A stretch of 28,737 nucleotides of DNA, from positions 1 through 28,737 of the IMG/VR virus record IMGVR_UViG_3300031647_000045; one strand, given 5' to 3'. The position numbers were made by a program, and so were the translations under genes. Under the pieces are notes generated by a model. The model saw nothing but the letters and a program-made list of their open reading frames with translations, was not told the DNA's origin and ran no database searches. The stretch is from a virus (taxonomy: Duplodnaviria; Caudoviricetes). The stretch's first letter is position 1, and the number at the start of each line of letters is the position of its first letter. Below, in pieces: positions 9,801 to 18,247 of this stretch.

Positions 9801-12800
9801 GGATAACCCCAGGTGCGACTGGATCCCAGCCCAACGCTGGGGTTATATCGTTTATGCGAAATGTTTTGGTGTTATTGAAACTCAAGTTTTCAGCCATACT
9901 ATCTAGGTTGGAACCCATGCTAGTTTTAAGTGGAAAATTAACCCCTTGTGAAAAAGTTGAGGATGTTGGTGAGAGGTGGTAACTTGATTGCGCGTTATAA
10001 ACCTGGGGATTACCCAAGACATTGAGATCATGCTTACCATGGCTATGCCTTCTTTCATTATGCCCAACTACGCCTCCGTTGATCACGTATTCTTGTTCAG
10101 CTGGATCTTCCTTCCACCTAAAAGTGCTACCAGTTTCTAATGACCCGGCAAAAGCAACTGTACTCGCATCTAGGTAGTCTGGGTTAGCAGGTAAATTTGT
10201 CAAGTTGCTCCAATTCCCAACTCGCCAAAACCCCTTACCAGTGTTATTGGCATTGTCGAAACCAGGTTTATGACCGATTAAACCCCCGAAGCCTAAGTAT
10301 ACTCTCCATTGACTTCCCCAGGTAGTTATACCTTTACCGGTTACCGGTGTAGGGTGTTTGGACCAAGGAAAAGACTCTAGATCGTCATTGGTATTAATTG
10401 AGTAACCCTCTATTGGGCCCTTGTCTACAAACCACACTTCATTGTCTCTAGCGGAATCTCTATCCGATTTGTAATCACTATCAGTATAACCTTCTTCATA
10501 CCACTCCCAATCAAATCCAAGCCCATGATTCTTGTGCTTATGTTTCCACGAAGCAGTTACACTCCTCCCCCTTTCAGCCCAATCGCGGTCATAGCTGAAC
10601 TTATTCACCATGCTTTGATTGTGTGTTTTATAACCAAACTCCTTCCACCATTCATCAGCATCCTTAAAGTGATCCCCTTGGTATTCCACACTACCAGCTG
10701 TAGGGGAACTCTTCAAATGTACTAGTGCTTCAAAATTATTATCGTTTAGAAATTTTTTAGCATCTGTAATATTAAGCAATCCTCCCAATCCAATAAACCC
10801 ATTTTGAGGCTCTTTACCAATTTTATCTTCGTCATCATAAGGTATCGTTCTATATTTCCTAAAGTATATAGCGTTAGCAGTGAACTCATGGATATTGTAA
10901 TACCCATATATATTTATGTTTTTGGTGTTTCCAATCCCATTAGCACCCGCATTCCACGTGAGGCCGGTGATGGGGTGTTGGTAGTTCGCTTTTAAACGTG
11001 CTGCGTCAGTATTGCCTAGCAAGAAGTTACCAACCCCATGAGTATGTGTTTCAACAAGATCGGGTTCCATAGAGTACACTTTCTTTTTTGATATAATTCT
11101 TTGTCCTCCTCCAGTCGTAGATGTCTCTATATTCTTCCTAAAAACCTCATCAAAGTATATTTTTACAAAAAACTTTCCATCAAACTTAGCTGAATTCTCT
11201 ACTTTATACTTGTATATATTGACAATGGCTCCATCCTCTATTTTAGTTTGACTAACCCCAAGTGGATCGTCTGTTATAAAATTGACGTCATCACCTAGGT
11301 TTTTGGCTAGCTTTACCTTGTACTTACTTGACGCGGCACTAGTATTAACGGTACTGTCGTAGTTATTAGTGATAGATACTATCTTATACCTCTCGGAGAT
11401 AACATCAGTACTGGTATGGCCAAATTCAACCCACAGTTCCTCTGTCGCGCCAGCTAGGTCACTTCCCGATGAACTTATAAAAGGTCCGTACCTCATATCA
11501 AACTCATCCCTACCCTCCATTGGAGCGTTATCATCAATTGCTGAGAAGAGATTGTCACCCGATACAGAATGTTTTACAGTGGCGGCTTTTCTCTTGGTTG
11601 TTTTAATAAAATCGGGCGCTTCATTTTCAATAGCCAACACTTTATACCTAGCCTCCTCCTTCACTAGATCATCAGAATCAGATCCTTTTTTAAGAATTAA
11701 AAACGTATCGATATCTAACTTGTTTCTATCACTAGACGGGAATGCAAGCCAAATGTTTCCGTCCCCAGCGCTATACCAACGATCCATAGCCATGTTGTAA
11801 TATTCTGTGCTCGTTTCTTTAATGAAGAATTTAAAGTGAGATAGTGATTGTGGGTAATCGTCAGAAGAAAACTTCACACCAAGTCTATTTGCCTTGTCAC
11901 CATGCTTTTTACTATATTTTACTATGGCTGTCGCGTTAGACAGAACAGGTGTCTCTCTTCCGTGCTCGTCTAGAAACACCACACCCAACTGGTACTCCCT
12001 TAGTGATTTAATGGATTTAAAGGCTTTGGTAGCTTGACTGTTATTTTGAGCAAAGAAGCTCATGTTTGTGTCATCGAATGTATCGTCAAACGCATCGACT
12101 AAGAACTCAGGAACAAATTTATCTCCAGCTCTAGTCTCTAAGTCGTAGTTTTGAAAGTAATTAGCATACACAATTCTATTCCCAGTTATATCTTGAGCAA
12201 GGGCTTTCTTAGGAACATTGTCCCACGGTCTCAGTAGCTGATTCGAGGGTATTATACTGCTAATAGTCTCTCTCTCTATAGTAAAACCAACCGCATCAAA
12301 ATTAAGATTAGTACTCGCTGTAAGCATTTTATTCCAAACGTTGTTCTGGGTTCCGTTATTATGGTAGTCATTTGGCTTTATGGTATCCACTACGTAAACA
12401 CTTGGTGAGGCGTCGTCTTTAAACAGTATGTCTATAGATACTACATCTGCCGGCGTCTGCTCAGTAACTATATCGAATAAATCAACTCCAGACAACCTAT
12501 TCGTCATACCTATGTTATAACCTTTTCTAGGGTGATAATCAAAAGCACCAGGGGAAAATGCGACTTGGGTAAAAGGTGCGAATGCAGAGTACTCACCATC
12601 CTCGAACTTATACCTATAAGAAAATCTTGGGTATTTAAACTCAAATAGTTTATCTTGTGGATCGTAGAGGTCTATGACGTACTTTAGATTCGCTGTTCCA
12701 CTAGCTACTTCAGGAAAGCCATCGATAGAAGTTAACGTTATATATAGAACATCATTACCAGCATCATCTATGTAACCTTTCATCACGAAATCGGTTAGAG

Positions 12801-13731
12801 GCACTCCAGGTGGATCCTGCGTACTAGTGTTTTCATCAAAATCAAATGCCTGTAGGACAACAGCTTTACCCACCAAATCATTAAAACCGTTGACCCCGGT
12901 TAAATCATTTAGGTTATTACCAGTTGTATTGGTTGAGGTTGGAAATGATATTTCATTCCCACTTGAGTCTATACCTGACTTGATTTCGACAGCAAACCTA
13001 TTCTCACCTGCCACCGTTGAAAAAGTATTGAAGTTATGAGTACCAGCTCCAGTTATACTGAAGTGAGTAAAAGAACTAGTACCGTCATCAGTGAGTGATA
13101 TCTCCATAACCGCTGTGTATACTTTATCTGGATCTCTATGCGTCTTAAGTTGCATTCTTGGGGCTACTTGCGGTGCTTTTTTAATAACGGTTATGTGTTT
13201 CTCTTCGATATCAGTGAGACTACCCGTTGAGTTGTTCAGTAGTTTAGTGGCATTACTCCCCATAGTACCATCTATACAACGTTGTATATTTATTTTTCTA
13301 GGCTCATTGACATTATCCGTCCAAAACAACATGTCGTCAATAACATTTATACCAGTGATAATCATGTCGGAAGCGAATTTCAGAACACTGTTATCTTCAT
13401 CCCTAAACACAACCGTGCTCTCATCCCCATTGTACGATAATATAAAACACGACGATGGCGTCCACACTAAGTAGTACATAGTATCGACTTTTTCGTCTGA
13501 AACCGCCCCTATGACAATGGCATCACCCCCAACTGGAAGTGGAATCCCCGTGTTATTTGCTAAAACTATTTCCTCGTTACCCAACACATTTTGAGCTGTC
13601 CCAACATCAGATCCTTCTGAAGTTGCCACTTGTATGTTCATTGCGTCTCTATACTCTCCGTCAGGAACAAGTCTCTCGTCGAGATCCTTATTCATCTTCC
13701 CGCCTGTAAAATGGTGCTTAATTTCTGGCAT
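6811..13731 (-). CDS. Tail stabilisation/nozzle ('muzzle')-like protein with large insertions
   Basis: 2306 aa. The N-terminus FTGGKMNKDLDERLVPDGEYRDAMNI, the segments LFWTDNVNEPRKINI and FSYRYKFEDGEYSAFAPF, and the beta-propeller-like C-terminal blocks GEYGISTNPESFA, YFTDRVRGAVMRLS and GWVSFKS are typical of P22 gp10-like/crAss-like stabilisation proteins. It follows the ring proteins. Confidence 0.75.
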   Translation of the reverse strand: MPEIKHHFTGGKMNKDLDERLVPDGEYRDAMNIQVATSEGSDVGTAQNVLGNEEIVLANNTGIPLPVGGDAIVIGAVSDEKVDTMYYLVWTPSSCFILSYNGDESTVVFRDEDNSVLKFASDMIITGINVIDDMLFWTDNVNEPRKINIQRCIDGTMGSNATKLLNNSTGSLTDIEEKHITVIKKAPQVAPRMQLKTHRDPDKVYTAVMEISLTDDGTSSFTHFSITGAGTHNFNTFSTVAGENRFAVEIKSGIDSSGNEISFPTSTNTTGNNLNDLTGVNGFNDLVGKAVVLQAFDFDENTSTQDPPGVPLTDFVMKGYIDDAGNDVLYITLTSIDGFPEVASGTANLKYVIDLYDPQDKLFEFKYPRFSYRYKFEDGEYSAFAPFTQVAFSPGAFDYHPRKGYNIGMTNRLSGVDLFDIVTEQTPADVVSIDILFKDDASPSVYVVDTIKPNDYHNNGTQNNVWNKMLTASTNLNFDAVGFTIERETISSIIPSNQLLRPWDNVPKKALAQDITGNRIVYANYFQNYDLETRAGDKFVPEFLVDAFDDTFDDTNMSFFAQNNSQATKAFKSIKSLREYQLGVVFLDEHGRETPVLSNATAIVKYSKKHGDKANRLGVKFSSDDYPQSLSHFKFFIKETSTEYYNMAMDRWYSAGDGNIWLAFPSSDRNKLDIDTFLILKKGSDSDDLVKEEARYKVLAIENEAPDFIKTTKRKAATVKHSVSGDNLFSAIDDNAPMEGRDEFDMRYGPFISSSGSDLAGATEELWVEFGHTSTDVISERYKIVSITNNYDSTVNTSAASSKYKVKLAKNLGDDVNFITDDPLGVSQTKIEDGAIVNIYKYKVENSAKFDGKFFVKIYFDEVFRKNIETSTTGGGQRIISKKKVYSMEPDLVETHTHGVGNFLLGNTDAARLKANYQHPITGLTWNAGANGIGNTKNINIYGYYNIHEFTANAIYFRKYRTIPYDDEDKIGKEPQNGFIGLGGLLNITDAKKFLNDNNFEALVHLKSSPTAGSVEYQGDHFKDADEWWKEFGYKTHNQSMVNKFSYDRDWAERGRSVTASWKHKHKNHGLGFDWEWYEEGYTDSDYKSDRDSARDNEVWFVDKGPIEGYSINTNDDLESFPWSKHPTPVTGKGITTWGSQWRVYLGFGGLIGHKPGFDNANNTGKGFWRVGNWSNLTNLPANPDYLDASTVAFAGSLETGSTFRWKEDPAEQEYVINGGVVGHNERRHSHGKHDLNVLGNPQVYNAQSSYHLSPTSSTFSQGVNFPLKTSMGSNLDSMAENLSFNNTKTFRINDITPALGWDPVAPGVIPNGLKVELKAVNVASNLVVTGSTSVWVDLVIAVDTLTDGTKKLAKGMALTRYESSGSAINPSNLAVRDIVPIGSKFLLYLGGWERPLTTAHHTELFITSKPDLNEDYTFEQVGMNGYSPNSEFNMNTVGRKRGLGAICAVGYTMEFIEEIQPIEILSDNPAIWETEPKESTELDIYYEASGAIPALVNDKTVGGAFPVGTKLVNLSNNFVVVGHEGENVIVMNPDSPTTSPAQGVSLFNRPDDLIIEADVTFVDNGPGTNQWKISIEENLVGNKFVLPWHNCYSFGNGVESNRIRDNFNLPYISNGVKASTTLEQEYEEEHRKYGLIYSGIYNSTSGINNLNQFIAGEKITKDVNPVYGSIQKLYSRDSDLVALCEDKILRISANKDALYNADGNPQLIATDRVLGQTIPFAGEYGISTNPESFAEESYRAYFTDRVRGAVMRLSKDGLTPISDAGMKDWFRDNLKENKKLIGSYDDRNNEYNILLTNSTFFSAKTFITGATQKHVPGSGLPPTTPSQASIWFSEPDWFKYSFSNSVAIGDGVTLNDPSSNAPLLPIGTIITSIDTGIPLTFGTQSVTQFWVRIGISDEIVNQTTGLEPLKDIWGAYPEQGPIDGGFMKFPTPLKAGFKLQSSVEPSLLSFSEKVGGWVSFKSYTNMQHGISLANNYYTFDEGRLYLHYSESEDRNTFYGVFKPSSLDVILNNDPSMVKVFNTLNYEGSQSKVERFTTELQKQIPLQPNTDYSDQQPHNLSSKPGWSVESIITNKEEGCVKEFLEKDGKWYNSINRNIDLSVSADSGDFTFQGVGVVGGVVNSGGGCMDRDASNFDPLATYDDGSCISPVQTSCDGTAIFYTNSTGGVVFGATLGSYGLWRMDIELPNGNTALSRGAGAIGMTPGYDDGTVDHSSLYPQAGPNGFIEAMVVSNGATLPYTLVAVFSWWNAKTKAWECTEEKQAVVGGTSNPAIKGCTHPAAINYNPAATVDDGSCVWRPIRLIQDK
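6847..7356 (-). repeat. Two 21-aa GCxxxxAxN[YF]xPxATxDDGSC repeats
   Basis: GCMDRDASNFDPLATYDDGSC at 7294..7356 and GCTHPAAINYNPAATVDDGSC at 6847..6909. Confidence 0.9.
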
Positions 13732-13734
13732 GTA

Positions 13735-15120
13735 CTAGTGTTTTATTTGTTTCGATTTACCTCTTAAAATTTGAGTAAGTTCTTCTAACTTTAAATTTGA
13801 TAACCTTAATTTTGCAGTTCTAATAGCTGCAAACCTTTCTTTCTTAAACCTAAGAACTTGATACTCTGGGACGTTAGCTCTACCAGATAAAAGAGCATGT
13901 GATATCCACTTATACATTGCTTCTTCTGCAAACTTGTGAACTTGCATTTCCCCATCCGTGCCAAGACTATCGCTTATGTAATCTAAGATCACAGTTTTTC
14001 CACTAATATTAGAGCTAAAGTGTATTTTTCCAGAAGTACAGTCTATATAGAATGATCCATTCGTTTGAGCGTGCTGAGGGTCTAAACCAAATCTAGATCC
14101 CTCGGTAGGCCAATAAGTATCGTCTTGATAGTCATCTTGGTTTTCCGCTGGGGTTGAAGAAGAATAGTTAGTCGAAGTGGTATTAGCATCTTCGTCTCCA
14201 ACCTTAACTAATGAGACACCATCTATAATACAGTTCCCTGGCGTACCGCTTGTGTTTTCGATCCAAAAGCTATATGGAGGATAACCCCACTCTCCACCTC
14301 CACCATCCGCCCCAGAGTATCCTAAGAAAAATGTTTCAGTGTAAGTGCCATTAGCAGTCCTCGTTATACCTACAAACGCATCACCATGTTGATCAACTGC
14401 GGTAAATCTAAACCCACCAGAAGTGTAACCGCTTATAGTGTATGTTACGGTATAAGTAGTTTGGCTTTCTAAAGGCACGTTCCTTTGCACAATTGCAGAG
14501 TCCTCGGGCACGTTATACGCTCCAATTGCATAATTGTCATACCCATAAAACCACCCCTCACTACTAGCGGGTACTATCATATCAATAATTGGAGTGCCAG
14601 TAGTAGGACTAGTGACAATATTTGTTGATGCTACATCTCCATTAGCACCCACTATATTAATCTCCCAATCGCCTATTCCGTTAAAAGTTCCATTTTTAAT
14701 TAGGTTACCGGACTCTATTAAATTCCCGCTACTAAACAAGTAGTCTCCATCTGAATTTTGCTGGAATCTTTCAGGGTTAGACGTATTAGATGTTGGGTGT
14801 ATCAAGTGCTTTATACCAGCAGAATCAACCCAACTAACTTTAGTGTAGTTAACGTAATCTTGCGGTAACGCCATTTGTAATGATGAAGGAATCGTAACCT
14901 CTTGGGCTTTACATGATTTTAATGTATCAAAGGATAATTCCGCTAAAGCTCTCTGCGCATGGAATGCAACATCCACTCTCTTTGCTTTGGGAATAATTTT
15001 ATCCTCACCGACATACACTAGCATGAATTGATTTATAACGTCTTTCAACGAAACAAATTGATAATTACCGAGATCACTACTACTATAGTATTCCTGGGGA
15101 GTGCTGTTTAATAACGCCAT
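13735..15120 (-). CDS. Tail ring/adaptor protein with an inserted carbohydrate-binding-like domain
   Basis: 461 aa. Conserved-looking ends (VAFHAQRALAELSFD, LPQDYVNYTKVSW; VILDYISD, VHKFAEEAMYKWI, AKLRLSN) flank a jelly-roll-like insert (NLIKNGTF...W...YTVTYTI...IIDGVSLVKV). Confidence 0.65.
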   Translation of the reverse strand: MALLNSTPQEYYSSSDLGNYQFVSLKDVINQFMLVYVGEDKIIPKAKRVDVAFHAQRALAELSFDTLKSCKAQEVTIPSSLQMALPQDYVNYTKVSWVDSAGIKHLIHPTSNTSNPERFQQNSDGDYLFSSGNLIESGNLIKNGTFNGIGDWEINIVGANGDVASTNIVTSPTTGTPIIDMIVPASSEGWFYGYDNYAIGAYNVPEDSAIVQRNVPLESQTTYTVTYTISGYTSGGFRFTAVDQHGDAFVGITRTANGTYTETFFLGYSGADGGGGEWGYPPYSFWIENTSGTPGNCIIDGVSLVKVGDEDANTTSTNYSSSTPAENQDDYQDDTYWPTEGSRFGLDPQHAQTNGSFYIDCTSGKIHFSSNISGKTVILDYISDSLGTDGEMQVHKFAEEAMYKWISHALLSGRANVPEYQVLRFKKERFAAIRTAKLRLSNLKLEELTQILRGKSKQIKH

Positions 15121-15126
15121 TTATTT

Positions 15127-15852
15127 TTATTGTTTTTCTTGTTGTACTTGGGATTGTTCTAGAGTTGCTCCCACTTGCACTACTTCTTGTGACTTGAGGT
15201 TTATACCAGCAAGCTTTAGGACTTTGTAAACTAATTCAGTTTCCTCCGAAGCATGTAGTTTAAAGTCGACAGATATATTGCCATTATACAGTGGCTTATC
15301 ATTTACAATAACATAAGCCCATTGAGCTGTCGGGGGTCTCTCTATATAACTTATATTCATATTGTGACTTGTTGGAGTGGCGAATGTATTTTGGCTGATA
15401 GCAACTGTTAAACCCGTTGCGGTTAAGTAACCAATTGGCCTTGTTAGAGTAGGAGCTGTTAGTGGACTAATTCTAGCCGCATCAAAATCCTTACTGTTTA
15501 GCATCTCTACTTGATTGGTACCAACCCTAACGGTACCTATCCTGTATATCTCGCTCCTAGGTACTATCATCGCACTACCTATAGCGAACATATTACCAGC
15601 CATCCACCCATTTCCTTTTTCCATTTCAAATTCACTCACCTTCTCGTTCAAGACGGATAGCATATCCGAGTATTCGTGAGCGTTTCCCGCTGCTCTGTTG
15701 AATTGATTTATGTCATAAAAATATTGTTCAAATATTTCCATTTGTGCTTGGTTAGCAAGTAAGTTAAACTCCTGAGGCGTTATATAGCCTCTCTGCTCTT
15801 TATTAGCCAAGACTAACACTCTCTGATATACTGTATCTATACTTACTGCCAT
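15127..15852 (-). CDS. Head-tail connector/ring (tail tubular-like) protein
   Basis: 241 aa; N-terminal VYQRVLVLANKEQRGYITPQEFNLLANQAQ helices and C-terminal YIERP...FKLHASEETELVYKVLKLAGI. Second gene after the capsid gene. Confidence 0.65.
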   Translation of the reverse strand: MAVSIDTVYQRVLVLANKEQRGYITPQEFNLLANQAQMEIFEQYFYDINQFNRAAGNAHEYSDMLSVLNEKVSEFEMEKGNGWMAGNMFAIGSAMIVPRSEIYRIGTVRVGTNQVEMLNSKDFDAARISPLTAPTLTRPIGYLTATGLTVAISQNTFATPTSHNMNISYIERPPTAQWAYVIVNDKPLYNGNISVDFKLHASEETELVYKVLKLAGINLKSQEVVQVGATLEQSQVQQEKQ

Positions 15853-15867
15853 AATTTCTTTTTGTTT

Positions 15868-15906
15868 TGTAGTTTACGATCGCCCCGTAGAGCGACCGCA
15901 TCTACA
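15868..15906 (-). other. Intergenic RNA stem-loop with cUACGg tetraloop, not followed by a U tract
   Basis: Minus strand reads TGTAGAT-GCGGTCGCTC-TACG-GGGCGATCGT-AAACTACA: a 10-bp stem with three G-U pairs plus a basal TGTAG/CTACA extension. Confidence 0.75.
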
Positions 15907-15912
15907 GTTAGA

Positions 15913-16755
15913 TTAATTTAATCTTTTTTCAATATTGGAGTAAATCTCCATTCCTTCATCTGTCTTGAACCAAGCAGCTAAAGCTGAATAAGGATGCTCA
16001 TCAAACGGAACGTTCATTAGTTTTCTATCGTTAGATCCCCATGAAAAAGTTCTTTGGTCAGCTGTTAACTTTAGTATACCCATTTCAGTAGCTTTAATCC
16101 CAAAGTTTCTAAGTACAACATTTTCATCATTCACTAGTTCTAAGAACAAACCTGGGTTCCTCTTAGCATATAACAGTAAATCTCTTTTAAGCTCCTTAGA
16201 ACTCATGTTTGACACCTTAGACCCCACCTCAACACGCATAACGGCTTCTGCCATATCTATATCCATGTTCATCGCAGCATTTAAAGCTTCAACCTCTAGC
16301 TCTATAAGCTCTACTTGGTCGTTAGCTATGGCTACTGGCTTGTATTCTGTATATTTTTTATTTAAACCTGGGTGGTATAAAGACAGTAACTTTTGTAAAG
16401 TTTGTTTGTTTTTAGGAACGAGTAACACTCCATCCCTAAAAGTCACGTGTGCTAACCTGGCATCGCCTTTAAACTCATCTACAAACGGAGTTTTTTGATT
16501 GCTAGTGTATTTCAACTCTCTTTCATAGCCCATTTTCTCATCAAACCAAAATATGTTAGTTGATTTTATAGTGTGTGATAAAGCGGCTCCGTCTTTTAAG
16601 ATATAGCTTCTGTCTTTTATCTCCCAGCTATCTTTTTTTGGTGTTTTCATTTTTGGAGTCATATCCACAGTATCTTCAAAAAATTCTGTAACTACTTCTT
16701 CCATTGTTTCGATTTGAGGTTCTACCTCAACTTTCTTTGTTTGTTTCTTTGCCAT
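15913..16755 (-). CDS. Conserved structural/assembly protein immediately downstream of the major capsid gene
   Basis: 280 aa with a charged N-terminal linker. Same position as the conserved post-capsid gene of crAss-like capsid modules. Confidence 0.55.
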   Translation of the reverse strand: MAKKQTKKVEVEPQIETMEEVVTEFFEDTVDMTPKMKTPKKDSWEIKDRSYILKDGAALSHTIKSTNIFWFDEKMGYERELKYTSNQKTPFVDEFKGDARLAHVTFRDGVLLVPKNKQTLQKLLSLYHPGLNKKYTEYKPVAIANDQVELIELEVEALNAAMNMDIDMAEAVMRVEVGSKVSNMSSKELKRDLLLYAKRNPGLFLELVNDENVVLRNFGIKATEMGILKLTADQRTFSWGSNDRKLMNVPFDEHPYSALAAWFKTDEGMEIYSNIEKRLN

Positions 16756-16780
16756 AATATAATATAATAATAATTAATAA
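16752..16780 (-). repeat. 29-bp leader repeat, copy 1 (TTATTAATTATTATTATATTATATTATGG)
   Basis: Identical to 19420..19448 and includes the start codon. Confidence 0.9.
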
Positions 16781-16817
16781 AAATAAAAACTACCCCCATA
16801 TTTCAGGAGGTAGTTTT
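16779..16817 (-). terminator. Rho-independent terminator after the major capsid gene
   Basis: Minus strand AAAACTACCTCC-TGAAATAT-GGGGGTAGTTTT followed by TATTTTT, starting 12 nt after the capsid stop codon. Confidence 0.8.
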
Positions 16818-16829
16818 AAATATAAATGC

Positions 16830-18236
16830 TTAAGCAGTTAATAACATGAAGTTATTTGCACCTTGAGTAATTAAACATCTTTCAGATAAGTGATGTACTT
16901 CCATCGCGTCTAAATCAGAAGTAACAGCTCCAACAGATCCAGTGATCCAAGACTTCATTTTTCTTGATTCAGTTTGTGATGCTCTATATCTAACATGTAA
17001 GAATGGGCGTTTTAGGTTTTTACCTAAAGCTTGATCGTAAACTGAAGAAACTCCAGCTGGAACGATAACACCATCAATATCAGCGAATGCTCCTCTTGTA
17101 GTAGCATCGTTTAAGTATTTCCAGTCAGATTTGTAGAAATCGTAAGATCCACGTCTGAAGCCAGAGAAACCTAAGTTTAATGCCATATCTTCAGAATTGT
17201 CAAATACTCCGTAAGAAGTACCTCCAGATCCGTAAGCATTCATCCCAGCTAACATATCGTCAATAGCTAAAGCAGTTCCTCTATTTAAGAACATCATGTT
17301 CTCTTCAATAGCACCTTGCTTATCAAACTCAGCTAAGATTAAATCAAATGATGCTAAGTTATCAGCAGCACTATCATCCGCATTAAGTTGGTCAATAGAG
17401 TTACCTCTAGATTTAACAGCAGCGAATAAACCTTCAGTACCAGATAAAGCGCCAAGCGAAGCCGCAACACCAGCACTAGCCGTAGCTAATTCACCTTCAA
17501 TACATGTCATTTCACAGTAATCAGTAAATCTAGACACAGTATCCCCAGCAGCTTTTAAGTACCATAAGTAACCATTTTGACCATCTTCACCCGAAACCTC
17601 AATCCAACCAATAGCTGATGCATCAGATCCTGATACTTCGTAAAGGTCTTTTAAGATAACTGGTTTGTTAGTAAATGATGTAACTTCTGGCTGAATAGCT
17701 TCTGCTCTACCAGTTTGCCCCTTCTTGTACTCAGATCCATAAACAAATCCTATTACCGCGCCATCTGTAAACGTAACATTACCTGATGCAGATGAATTCA
17801 CTGCAACTTGAGTGTAAGGTTTCACTGTATACGTAGTGTTGTTAGATGCTATAGCAGTAACATAACACTTAAGAGTTCCTACACCCGTTCTGTTTAAAAC
17901 CACAGTATCACCAACTCTAATCCCATGAGTTGTATCTGTTGTTGTTACCACACCTGTTGCCGCTACAATAGCACCATCAGCAACCATATGTAATCTTCCT
18001 TGTTCTGACCAAACCACTTGGTCTGAAGCCATTGCTTCTTCAGCACCTACTTGTGCTAAGAATCCTGAAATTGTTCTGTTACCGAAAACTTCAGCTTCCT
18101 TTTCCATTAAATCAGGTAAATATTGTTGAGCCCAACCGCTGTTTCTTAAATCAACGTATGCTGAGGCTACGGTTTGTTTACCTGGAGCTGGTACGGAGTT
18201 TAACGCTCCACCAGCAGTAATTGTTCCTGTTGCCAT
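16830..18236 (-). CDS. Major capsid protein
   Basis: 468 aa, after terminase, portal and scaffold and followed by a terminator. Motifs QQYLPDL...FGNRTISGFL, WSEQGRLH, GSEYKKG, LNLGFSGFRRGSYDFYK and HLSERCL are recognised from flavobacterial/crAss-like capsid proteins. Confidence 0.85.
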   Translation of the reverse strand: MATGTITAGGALNSVPAPGKQTVASAYVDLRNSGWAQQYLPDLMEKEAEVFGNRTISGFLAQVGAEEAMASDQVVWSEQGRLHMVADGAIVAATGVVTTTDTTHGIRVGDTVVLNRTGVGTLKCYVTAIASNNTTYTVKPYTQVAVNSSASGNVTFTDGAVIGFVYGSEYKKGQTGRAEAIQPEVTSFTNKPVILKDLYEVSGSDASAIGWIEVSGEDGQNGYLWYLKAAGDTVSRFTDYCEMTCIEGELATASAGVAASLGALSGTEGLFAAVKSRGNSIDQLNADDSAADNLASFDLILAEFDKQGAIEENMMFLNRGTALAIDDMLAGMNAYGSGGTSYGVFDNSEDMALNLGFSGFRRGSYDFYKSDWKYLNDATTRGAFADIDGVIVPAGVSSVYDQALGKNLKRPFLHVRYRASQTESRKMKSWITGSVGAVTSDLDAMEVHHLSERCLITQGANNFMLLTA

Positions 18237-18247
18237 AATTTTTGTTT

